DNA from: Candidatus Kuenenia stuttgartensis
GTDB lineage: Bacteria; Planctomycetota; Brocadiia; Brocadiales; Brocadiaceae
DNA: 32,000 nt
Direction: 5' to 3'
Assembly (NCBI RefSeq): GCF_900232105.1
Contig: NZ_LT934425.1
Span: 2,460,001 to 2,492,000, forward strand
Shown here piece after piece: positions 8,445-16,774 of the stretch; within the stretch, counting starts at the first letter, position 1, and every line of letters begins with the position of its first letter. The notes under the pieces were generated by a model, which made no database searches, had not been told where the DNA came from, and saw only the letters and a program-made list of their open reading frames with translations. A program made the position numbers and the translations under genes.

Positions 8445-8767
8445 TTCTATTAGATTGCATAAGATAAAAGGAAGCTGTTTTTTATGAAAAGCACAATTAA
8501 AAAATCAAAAATACATCCTTTGGGAGCGACCACAAATAACATGGTATTGTATAGTACCAATAGTATCGTTGTAGTGTCTTTGTGTATGTCACGGTAATAG
8601 CCGTTACAACTAGTAAATATAGGCATTGACACCCTCCAGCCATTATGATAGCATTAGGATTAAGCGGTATTTTATCCGGCGCATTAATCCTAATAGGTGT
8701 CATTATGCGTTTAGCTAAGTATTCTCATCGCAAGCTCTTGGGACTATTCCAGCAGAGGATGTCGTTT

Positions 8768-9266
8768 TAACTCTGGACAGTATCAAAGAAGCTTTGGGAA
8801 CGACTTCAAAAGCAACGGTTTTCAGGAAGCTAAAATCGCTCGGACATCGTGCGAGTTATTCCCATGCAGGGCAAATACCATACACTGGATACACTTGCAA
8901 GCTATAATAAATATGGCATTTGGAGTTTCAATCAAATATATTTTTCTCAACAAGGAAGTCTTGTATATACTCTCGAGGCCATCATTAATAAATCTCATGG
9001 AAGGTTGTTTTGCCTCGGAGCTTCAAACGCTGGTACATGTGCGAGTCTTTAATGCACTGACTCAATTAGTGGTATCTGGAAGAGTCTTGCGCGAGCAGAT
9101 TGCCGGAGAATATTTGTATATCTCCAAGGTGTTAGGTACGGATCAACTCGCCAGACGTAAACAGTCAATCATGTTGTGTGCTTGTAAGGAAGAAAATGTA
9201 TTAATTCCCGGCTTTGGGAGTGAGGCGGTTACGGATTGCCTGCAGACATTTCTTTCCTATACTTGA
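8768..9266 (+). pseudogene. Frameshifted HTH-like accessory ORF upstream of the transposase
   Basis: Pieces in different frames read as one protein: LDSIKEALGTTSKATVFRKLKSLGHRASYSHAG / GKYHTLDTLASYNKYGIWSFNQIYFSQQGSL / EGCFASELQTLVHVRVFNALTQLVVSGRVLREQIAGEYLYIS. Confidence 0.6.
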
Positions 9267-10403
9267 TGAAAGGCAGAAACGGCTTTATCTTGGTTTAGAA
9301 TCAATGAAACTGGGATATGGCGGCGATTTAAGACTTTCACTGCTAACCGGCATAAATGTAAAAACAATTGCCAAGGGGCGTCGGGAACTTTCGAGTAAGA
9401 ACATTACACCGGGACGGATACGTAAGGTTGGTGCAGGTCGTTCTTCGATTAAAAAAAAACTGATGTGGTAAAACTTCTTGAAGAATTGATGGAGGGCGAT
9501 ACTGCAGGAGACCCAATGGGTAAAGGAAAAATATGGACGAGAAGAAGCACACGTACTCTAAAAAAAGAATGCGGTGATAGAGGTGTAAGCGTATGTGCAA
9601 CAACAGTTAGTAAGCTTCTTAAGGACATGGATTATTCTCTGAGAGTAAATCGCAAAACGATAGCAGAGACACGTCATCCGGACCGTAATAGACAGTTTGA
9701 AATTATTAATGAGACAAAAAAGTATTTTGAAGATTCTGGTCAGCCAATAATCAGTGTTGACAGTAAGAAAAAGGAATTGATAGGTAATTTCAGAAATGAG
9801 GGCAAGGCGTGGACAAAAATAGTAAATGAAGTTTTGGCCCATGATTTTCGTTCTCAGGCAATTGGTGTTGGATGTCCGTTTGGTATCTATGAATTGCTGA
9901 CTAATTTAGGGACAGTTATTGTTGGTACGTCCTATGACACACCGGAATTTGCAGTCGAGTCAATTAAGATTTGGCTGGATGAATTTGGTTGGAAGAGGTA
10001 TCCATGCGCAAAAGAACTCCTTATTCTTTGTGACGCAGGAGGGAGCAACGGATTTCGTCCCCGGTTGTGGAAATATGCGCTTTATCAAAATATTTGTAAA
10101 GTTTACGGACTCTCCATCAGGATTTGCCACTATCCCTCAGGAGCATCAAAATGGAATCCGGTAGAACATCGTCTGTTTAGTTTTATCAGTAAAAATTGGG
10201 AGGGGAATCCTTTGAGGTCTTATGATGTTATGCTAAGTTTAATTGCTGGCACTACAACAACAGCGGGTCTTCTCGTACAAACCATTCTTAACGAGAAAGA
10301 ATACCAAAAAGGAATCAAAATCACTGATGACCAAATGAAAGAAATAAACATAAACAAACACAGTGTCTTGCCAGATTGGAATTATACAATTTCACTTAAC
10401 TAA
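9214..10403 (+). pseudogene. ISAzo13-like family transposase, split by a frameshift near 9465
   Basis: 9214-9471 and 9465-10403 join as ...RIRKVGAGRSSIKKK / VKLLEELMEGDTAGDPMG..., with DSKKKELIGNF, SYDTPEFAVESIKIW, LLILCDAGGSN and NPVEHRLFSFISKNW. Confidence 0.85.
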
Positions 10404-10442
10404 ATTAATAAAAATACCAAATTATTTTTGGACAGTGTCTAA

Positions 10443-10726
10443 ATGGCATACAATATAAAATGGTCTCCACGGGCTGCCTCCGATTTTGAAGAAATTTGTG
10501 AGTACATCGCAAATATTATGCTGCTCTTTTTGCGAGAAAAGTAAATGTCATTGTTAAATCAATTCCTCAATTTCCCAAGTCTGGACGAATGGTTCCTGAG
10601 TATGGAGATGAAGATTTACGAGAAAAGATTTATGAGAATTACAGAATCGTTTATCGTATTAAAGGAGAACTTATTGAGGTTGTTGCCATTTGTCATGGCT
10701 CAAGGCTTTTGGGAAATGTATTGTAA
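10443..10726 (+). pseudogene. ParE/RelE-like toxin gene with an internal deletion/frameshift
   Basis: Frame 1 gives MAYNIKWSPRAASDFEEICEYIAN; the shifted frame gives YYAALFARKVNVIVKSIPQFPKSGRMVPEYGDEDLREKIYENYRIVYRIKGELIEVVAICHGSRLLGNVL*. Confidence 0.8.
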
Positions 10727-10953
10727 TCGGAGACGGAACCTCATTTGACAAAAAATTTTTATAGAACATTCTAATATTGAAGCGGATGTTCTTTTACGTG
10801 TTCTTTGTGATGACCCTCCAGTTGATGCGATTGAAGAATCAGGAGGGGTAATCGTGAGTTACGAAGAAGATAGAGAACCTGTCAGTGTGGCTCAAGTTCC
10901 GGGGCACCATACATAATTATTGACTTCATTATTAAAATAGTTAAGAGGTGTTC

Positions 10954-11583
10954 ATGTCCGGAATTGCTCGTGTGGTAGTTCCGGAAACGCCACATCATAT
11001 TACTCAACGAGGAAGTCGACGTATGCAGGCATTCTTCTGCGACTAGGATTGTGAGGCTACATAGACTTGACGTTTCAGTGGTGTAGGCGCTCAGACATTG
11101 AAATATGGGCATATTGCTTGCTGCCAAACCATGTACACCTGATTAGGTTCCGCCCTCTGAAAATGCGCTTAGCCAGGCGATTGGAGAAGCGCATCGACGC
11201 TACACACATCGCGTAAATTTCCGGGAAGGCTGGAGAGGCCACCTGCGGCAAGGACGTTTTGCCTCTTTCCCAATAGACAAAACCCATTTGTGTTTAGCCT
11301 AGTGGCACATTTTGCCTGTGCGGAATACAGGCAGGAATGCCTGTACCACCCTTGCAATAAATTTTATTATTCATCTTCCGAAAACCTTATTTTTTTGACT
11401 ATATTTACAAAAAATCGGGAATGCACCCTTGCTGGGAGAGATGATCGTCTTGTGCATGGAGAGCCGTTGCTTGAGATGTTTGGCAAGTGGGACGAGTTTC
11501 TTTCCAGAGGTCTATCGGAAGGAGAAGTTGAAAAGGACCGATGTCATGAGCGAGCCGGAAGACCTCTTAGCGCCGACAGTTTT
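10954..11583 (+). pseudogene. REP-associated tyrosine transposase (Y1/IS200-like) gene, copy 1, degenerate
   Basis: MSGIARVVVPETPHHITQRGSRRMQAFFCD*; later C-terminal part RDDRLVHGEPLLEMFGKWDEFLSRGLSEGEVEKDRCHERAGRPLSADSF interrupted twice by repeats. Confidence 0.8.
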
Positions 11584-11724
11584 GGGAGCATTCCCGATTT
11601 TTTGTAAGTGTTCATGGAGTTGGGGCAAAACAACCCTGACAGGGTTTCAAACCCTGTCAGGGTTAACACTACTGTACGTTTTATTAAAACATGGCGGAAG
11701 TCACAAAAAATCGGGAATGCACCC
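11584..11724 (-). mobile_element. 141-bp MITE-like element, copy 1 (reverse orientation relative to copy 2)
   Basis: GGGAGCATTCCCGATTTTTTG...CAAAAAATCGGGAATGCACCC ends with internal AACCCTGACAGGGTTTCAAACCCTGTCAGGGTT palindrome. Preceded by GACAGTTTT at 11575-11583. Confidence 0.9.
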
Positions 11725-11735
11725 CTACAAGACCT

Positions 11736-11975
11736 CTAAACCAATCTCAAAAGAAAGGGCTCAGGACACTTTATCTGATGCTGTTTATTTTGTAAATGCC
11801 ATAATGAAATATCTGGAAGATGATATGAAGAAATCATGAAAGCTGTGCATCCGGATAAGGCATACAATCTTGAAATGCCGATTGAAATGTTCGCGGGCGA
11901 AGGAGATGTGGTTTTTGCTATCAGCAGTTCCGGCAGATCCGAGAACATCCTCTGCAGGGTTAGGGTAGGCATATC
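11736..11975 (+). pseudogene. SIS-domain (phosphoheptose isomerase-like) gene remnant, frameshifted
   Basis: ISKERAQDTLSDAVYFVNAIMKYLEDDMKKS in one frame, then NLEMPIEMFAGEGDVVFAISSSGRSENILCRVRVGISKKCRVITLS in another; GDVVFAISSSGRSENIL is SIS/GmhA-like. Confidence 0.6.
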
Positions 11976-12173
11976 TAAAAAGTGCAGAGTAATTACACTG
12001 TCTGAAGTTTGAGCAACAAAGGCCTCTTCCTTTTGAATACAAAAGCGTCAAGCTTGATTGTGAACATAGAATTGATATTTATAGTTGAAGAAAAAAGGTT
12101 ATCCTCAACAAAGGCTCTTCCTGGGCCAAAATTTTAATAGCAAGCCTCTTATAATCAGTCTGGATTATGGAGT

Positions 12174-12635
12174 ATGATAAAAGTTTATTTTGATAACTGC
12201 GTGTATAACAGACCCTTTGATGATCAGGGCAATGAGAGGGTTTTGATTGAGGCAAGGGCTTTTTATATTATTCTTAAGTGGATTGAAGATGGGAAAATAA
12301 CGAGTATCAACTCCGATGCCCTTGAATATGAAAACGGTATGACGCCTGATCCTGACAGACGAATCAGGATTAAGACATACCTTGCCATGACAAAGGCGCA
12401 TGCAAAGTTTTCTGAATCTCTGGCTGAGAGGGCGAAAGAGATTGTTGGTTTAGGTATGAGGGGGATGGATGCCGTGCACATAGCTATGGCAGAGCATGAG
12501 AATGCCGAATACTTTGTTACCTGTGATGATGGTATAATAAAAAGAGCCAAAGAATTCTCAGAAATGCTTAGAGTGAAGGTTTGTAGTATATTGAAATTTC
12601 TGGAGGAGGTAATGCAATATGGCGAAGACAATTAG
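12174..12635 (+). CDS. PIN domain protein, putative ribonuclease toxin
   Basis: VYFDNCVYNRPFDD...GMRGMDAVHIAMAEHENAEYFVTCDDGIIKRA has the PIN acidic residue pattern. Confidence 0.85.
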   Translation: MIKVYFDNCVYNRPFDDQGNERVLIEARAFYIILKWIEDGKITSINSDALEYENGMTPDPDRRIRIKTYLAMTKAHAKFSESLAERAKEIVGLGMRGMDAVHIAMAEHENAEYFVTCDDGIIKRAKEFSEMLRVKVCSILKFLEEVMQYGEDN

Positions 12636-12810
12636 TGAGGTTAAAGAGATAGGATGGGACGCCCTCGTTGAACGCTTAGGAGCAAGCGGCGCAACGCTAT
12701 TCATTTTGGAATACGAAAAAGGTTATGGAGATTACACCAAAGACAGAACAAAGATATTCGACAAAAAACCCCTTGAAGAAATTATAGAAGAAATCAAAGG
12801 AGAGGATTAA
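12619..12810 (+). CDS. Small protein partner of the PIN gene, putative antitoxin
   Basis: 63 aa MAKTISEVKEIGWDALVERLGASGATLFILEYEKGYGDY..., overlaps the PIN gene by 17 nt. Confidence 0.6.
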   Translation: MAKTISEVKEIGWDALVERLGASGATLFILEYEKGYGDYTKDRTKIFDKKPLEEIIEEIKGED

Positions 12811-12862
12811 CATAAAATGAAAGATTCACCTTGCAGCGAAAATAATGAAAGGAGGAGTGAGG

Positions 12863-13016
12863 AATGAACTTACATGAAAGGATATGTTTGGGAAGTCTGT
12901 AATTAAAGGTACTCGTATTACTGTGGAACATATACTCCGTAAATTAGGCGGTGGTATAACTCCTGATGAAATTATCGAAGACCATCCTCATCTAAAAAAA
13001 GGTAACTATTCAGCGT
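12863..13016 (+). pseudogene. DUF433-like antitoxin gene remnant
   Basis: FGKSVIKGTRITVEHILRKLGGGITPDEIIEDHPHLKK, then an abrupt break at GTAACTATTCAGCGTAG. Confidence 0.65.
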
Positions 13017-13269
13017 AGACGATACACGGCTCGTTCCCAAACCTTGTACTGAACATAGTGAAGTATCTGTTTGGGAATGCATTTGTTCGAGAAACTCCGG
13101 TTTCTCGCCTGTTTGCTGATAGATAGGGAATAAAATCACAGGGTTAAGACAGTTTGTAATTTGTCAAGTCAGACCCGCACTGGAAACAAAGTTTCCAGTG
13201 CAATTGATAGTTCTGGGGACATCATACATAAATTATTGACTTCATTATTAAAATAGTTAAGAGGTGTTC

Positions 13270-14103
13270 ATGTCCAGAATTGCGCATATGGTAGTTCCGG
13301 AAACGTCACATCATATTACTCAACGAGGAAAACGACGTTTGCAGACATTCTTATGCGACGAGGATTATGAGGTATACATAAACTTGACGTTTCAGTGGTG
13401 TAGGCGCTGGGACATTGAAATATGTGCATATTGCTTGCTGCCAAACCATGTACACCTGATTGCGGTTCCGCCCTCTGAAAATGCGCTTAGTCAGGCGATT
13501 GGAGAAGCGCATCGACGCTACACACGCCGCGTAAACTTCCGGGAAGGCTGGAGAGGACGCCTGTGGTAAGGACGTTTTGCCTCTTTCCCAATGGACAAAA
13601 CCCATTTGTACTTAGCCGCACGCTATGCTGAACTGAATCTGGTGAGAGCAACATTAGTTAAGAAACTGCAGGGGCACCGATGGGGTAGCGCATCCGCGCA
13701 CATTGCTGGGAGAGATGACCGTCTTGTGCCTGTAGAGCCGTTGTTTGAGATGTTTGGCAAGTGGGACGAGTTTCTTTCCAGAGGTCTATCGGAAGGAGAA
13801 GTTGAAAAGGCCCGATGTCATGAGCGAGCCGGAAGACCTCTTAGCGCCGACAGTTTTGGGTGTATTCCCGATTTTTTGTGATTTCCGCCATGTTTTATGA
13901 AACGTTGCAGTAGTGTTAACCCTGACAGGGTTTCAAACCCTGTCAGGGTTGTTTTGCCCCGACTCCATGAACGCTTACAAACAATCGGGAATGCACCCGA
14001 CAGTTTTTTAGTCCAGCTTGAAAATGCTCCTGGAAGAATACTCCATAAGCAAGAATCTGGCCCAAAGAGGTCTCAAAAGGAAAAGAAGCATCTCCAAAAT
14101 TGA
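13270..14103 (+). pseudogene. REP-associated tyrosine transposase (Y1/IS200-like), copy 2, best preserved; one nonsense codon and one MITE insertion
   Basis: MSRIAHMVVPETSHHITQRGKRR...CAYCLLPNHVHLIAVPPSENALSQAIGEAHRRYTRRVNFREGWRGRLW*GRFASFPMDKTHLYLAARYAEL...; PNHVHL is the HUH motif. The 3' end QLENAPGRILHKQESGPKRSQKEKKHLQN resumes after the 141-bp element. Confidence 0.9.
13858..13998 (+). mobile_element. 141-bp MITE-like element, copy 2, with 9-bp target site duplication
   Basis: GGGTGTATTCCCGATT...AATCGGGAATGCACCC flanked on both sides by GACAGTTTT (13849-13857 and 13999-14007). Related copies of the gene elsewhere have an empty site. Confidence 0.95.
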
Positions 14104-14197
14104 GTATGGCGTCCCTGAATTCGTCAAAGGTTGATAAGTATGATTGCCTTAGTGTTAATTGACTTGATGGTAATAAAAATTTATTGGAGAAAAAACG

Positions 14198-14401
14198 ATG
14201 AAAACAAAAACCCTTCCATTTGCAAAAGAATTTATAACAGATTCTAAAGGGCACATTACCAAAATAATTATGGATTTTGATGATTATCAACGTTTTCTTG
14301 ATTGGGTTGAAGATGAAGGATTAGTTCTGGCAATGAATGAGGTTGAAAATGAAGCGTCTATGAGCCTGGAAAAGGCATTAAATGAACTTGAAAAGAAATG
14401 A
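14198..14401 (+). CDS. Putative antitoxin of the downstream RelE/ParE-like toxin
   Basis: 67 aa, DFDDYQRFLDWVEDEGLVLAMNEVENEASMSLEKALNELEKK; ATGA overlap with the next gene. Confidence 0.7.
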   Translation: MKTKTLPFAKEFITDSKGHITKIIMDFDDYQRFLDWVEDEGLVLAMNEVENEASMSLEKALNELEKK

Positions 14402-14688
14402 AGACGGAGTATATATCAAGTTTTATAAAGGATTTGGGAGCGCTAAAAGGTTCCCATTATTATGAGAAGATTAAAACTATGGTTTTCGAAGATATTCCCA
14501 AATTACCTGATATAGACAAAGTGAAGAATTTAAGAAAGTTAAAAAATAACAAACCATATTACCGGATTCGTATTGGGGAATATAGAATAGGAGTTAGATT
14601 GAATAATAATACACTGGTTTTATGCGTAACACGTAAATATACAGATTTTCGAAATTTGCTCGCCAATAATTTGAAAATTTTCAGTTAA
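14398..14688 (+). CDS. RelE/ParE-like toxin with a C-terminus supplied by IS630-type sequence
   Basis: KNLRKLKNNKPYYRIRIGEYRIGVRLNNNTLVLCVTRK is RelE-like; the final DFRNLLANNLKIFS is encoded in sequence shared with the IS630-like 3' end at 15445. Confidence 0.7.
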   Translation: MKTEYISSFIKDLGALKGSHYYEKIKTMVFEDIPKLPDIDKVKNLRKLKNNKPYYRIRIGEYRIGVRLNNNTLVLCVTRKYTDFRNLLANNLKIFS

Positions 14689-14931
14689 AAGAGTAGACAA
14701 TTCATCTGTATACTCGTTAATATTTTTGAAAAAACTTAAACATTTGTTTTTAAACTTCTCATAAGTATCATAATACTTGTTATACAATATTTTCCATAAT
14801 TTGCGAATAGAATTTCCATAATCTTTCAATGAGATTTAAATTGGGCGAATAGGAAGGGAGAAATTTGATCTTTATTCTCGAATTTGCAAGGTATTCTTTG
14901 ACCAACTGACCTGTAATATTTAGCATTATTG
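14642..14931 (-). mobile_element. Truncated IS630-like transposase 3' end (partial copy)
   Basis: Reverse strand ILYNKYYDTYEKFKNKCLSFFKNINEYTDELSTLLTENFQIIGEQISKI, nearly identical to 15445-15725. Confidence 0.85.
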
Positions 14932-14962
14932 CACCGTCTTGTGATTAGATGTTTGTAACGAT

Positions 14963-15143
14963 TTTCTTACCAGCGGTCTATCGGAAGAAGAAGTCGAAGA
15001 GGTTCGATGTCATGGGCGAACCGGAAGACCTCCTGGCGCTGACAGTTTTTTAGTCCAGCTTGAAAATGCTCCTGGAAGAATACTCCATAAGCAAAAACCT
15101 GGCCCAAAGAGGTCTCAAAAGGAAAAGAAGCATCTCCAAAATT
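14963..15143 (+). pseudogene. 3' fragment of the REP-associated tyrosine transposase gene (partial copy)
   Basis: TTTCTTACCAGCGGTCTATCGGAAGAAGAAG...GCTGACAGTTTTTTAGTCCAGCTTGAAAATGCTCC... matches the C-terminal part of the copies at 13780-14103 and 21090-21290, with an uninterrupted GACAGTTTT site. Confidence 0.8.
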
Positions 15144-15233
15144 AAGTATGGCGTCCCATGAATTCTCAATAAGTGGGATGTGTCTCCTTTTTCCAAGATA
15201 AAATTAAATAAGATTAACGGGAGGATTAGCTTC

Positions 15234-15434
15234 ATGAAAGTTATTACAGAAAAAGAAGAACTTTATAAACTTATTAAAGAAGCGGTAAGAGAGGTTTTGC
15301 ACGAAGAAATTGTGGAGATATTTCTTAAAAATATACCTTTGATTTCAAAGGAAGAAATGAAAGATATTGAAAATTTGTACGGGAAGCCATCGTTAGATAA
15401 AATAGCGGCGTTTAGCGAGACAATAGAGATATAG
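15234..15434 (+). CDS. Putative orphan antitoxin next to an IS630-like insertion
   Basis: MKVITEKEELYKLIKEAVREVLHEEIVEIFL...EMKDIENLYGKPSLDKIAAFSETIEI; coordinates approximate, start codon uncertain. IS sequence begins 11 bp after the stop. Confidence 0.5.
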   Translation: MKVITEKEELYKLIKEAVREVLHEEIVEIFLKNIPLISKEEMKDIENLYGKPSLDKIAAFSETIEI

Positions 15435-15444
15435 TCAAACAAAT

Positions 15445-16480
15445 CAGATTTTCGAAATTTGCTCGCCAATAATTTGAAAATTTTCAGTTAAAAGAGTAGA
15501 CAATTCATCTGTATACTCGTTAATATTTTTGAAAAAACTTAAACATTTGTTTTTAAACTTCTCATAAGTATCATAATACTTGTTATACAATATTTTTTTG
15601 CGAAAGAATTTCCATAATCTTTCAATGAGATTTAAATTGGGCGAATAGGAAGGGAGAAATTTGATCTTTATTCTCGAATTTGCAAGGTATTCTTTGACCA
15701 ATTTAGACCTGTAATATTTAGCATTATCAGAGATTATGTAAATAGTACCGGCTTGAGCATACCTTGACTCTATTTCATGGAAAAGCTTTATTGTTGATTG
15801 AGCATTGATGCTTTCATCTTCCCGGATTGTTACTTCAAAGGTTTCTATGTCAATAGCCCGTTTAAATTTATTCTTTTCCTGCCGGTATTAGAGGGTATTT
15901 CCTTCTTTTTGCCTTTCTCTATCCAGCAATATGCAGACGTAGAATTGTGCTGTGGATGAACTCCATCCATAAAAAGTATCTTATCTCCGGGGGCTTTCTC
16001 TTCTTTGAGTTGTTTGTAGTTTTCGATAAATTCTTTTTGTTTTTCAGGGTTTGCTTTGCCTGGAACTATTGTAGTTTTCTTGTAAGTAAAGCCTAATCTA
16101 TCGAGGGTATGTACCATTCCTTCGGGTGTATAGATTTTATTGAATGTCTGTTTTACATATTCAACAATTTCTTTTGCCGCACTATAGTTGTTTTTCCTGA
16201 TATGATCTTTTAATTGTTCTTCTTGTTCGCAGGTGAGTTTTGGCACACAGCCAATATAATTGTCAGATAAAAGCCCGTCAAAACCTTTATCTTTGTATAG
16301 TTTTTCGTAATTCCTGATTGTTTGATCGTCTAACAAGAGCGCCTCTGCTACTTCTTCATAACTCCATCCTGAATCAAGAAGAAGTATAGCTTTGATTCGG
16401 TCGGCATGACGTCTATGAGGCTCTTTCTTATGTGCTTTTTTAAATTCTATTCGGGTTTTTTCACTGAGAAATGGATTCAT
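15445..16480 (-). pseudogene. IS630 family transposase, frameshifted near 15856
   Basis: N-terminal part 15845-16480 (HTH, FMDGVHPQHNS) plus the C-terminal frame INGAIDIETFEV-like...TIYIISDNAKYYRSKLVKEYLANSRIKIKFLPSYSPNLNLIERLWKFFRKK (DDE signature). One base appears missing in the G run. Confidence 0.9.
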
Positions 16481-16774
16481 GCAGAATTTAATACTCTAGA
16501 AACAATTCAAATGCAAGAAAAAAACAGGTTCTTCTAAAAATAAATGCTTTTTACTATCGCTACTCAATTTGTCCCAGACCTCAGACTTCAACTATTTAAC
16601 AAGTTTTCCCATTTCTGGATTGACAATCCCCGAAGAAGTGTTTATTATGCCAAACGTTTGAAATTCTAAACGTTTAACAATTCAAACAATTCTTTACTGC
16701 CACGCGCATAGGTAAACGGACTGTAAGGGTGACGTCTAACATGGAGCGACAATCTCGTTTCACTGGCAGGCGGG

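Larger units (their letters stand above)
8628..10439 (+). mobile_element. Probable ISAzo13-like insertion sequence with degraded accessory ORF and frameshifted transposase
   Basis: Contains the transposase ORFs below. Candidate terminal matches GACACcctCCA at 8628 and TGGacaGTGTC ending at 10439 (reverse complement GACACtgtCCA). The left boundary is tentative. Confidence 0.55.

Noticed and set aside
11429-11839. 136-aa ORF spanning transposase end, MITE and SIS remnant
   Set aside because: A chimeric open frame crossing three unrelated pieces; unlikely to be a real gene.
14720-14940. Novel long AT-rich noncoding element near 14700-14940
   Set aside because: It matches the IS630 transposase 3' end on the reverse strand (copy at 15445-15725), so it is a truncated IS.
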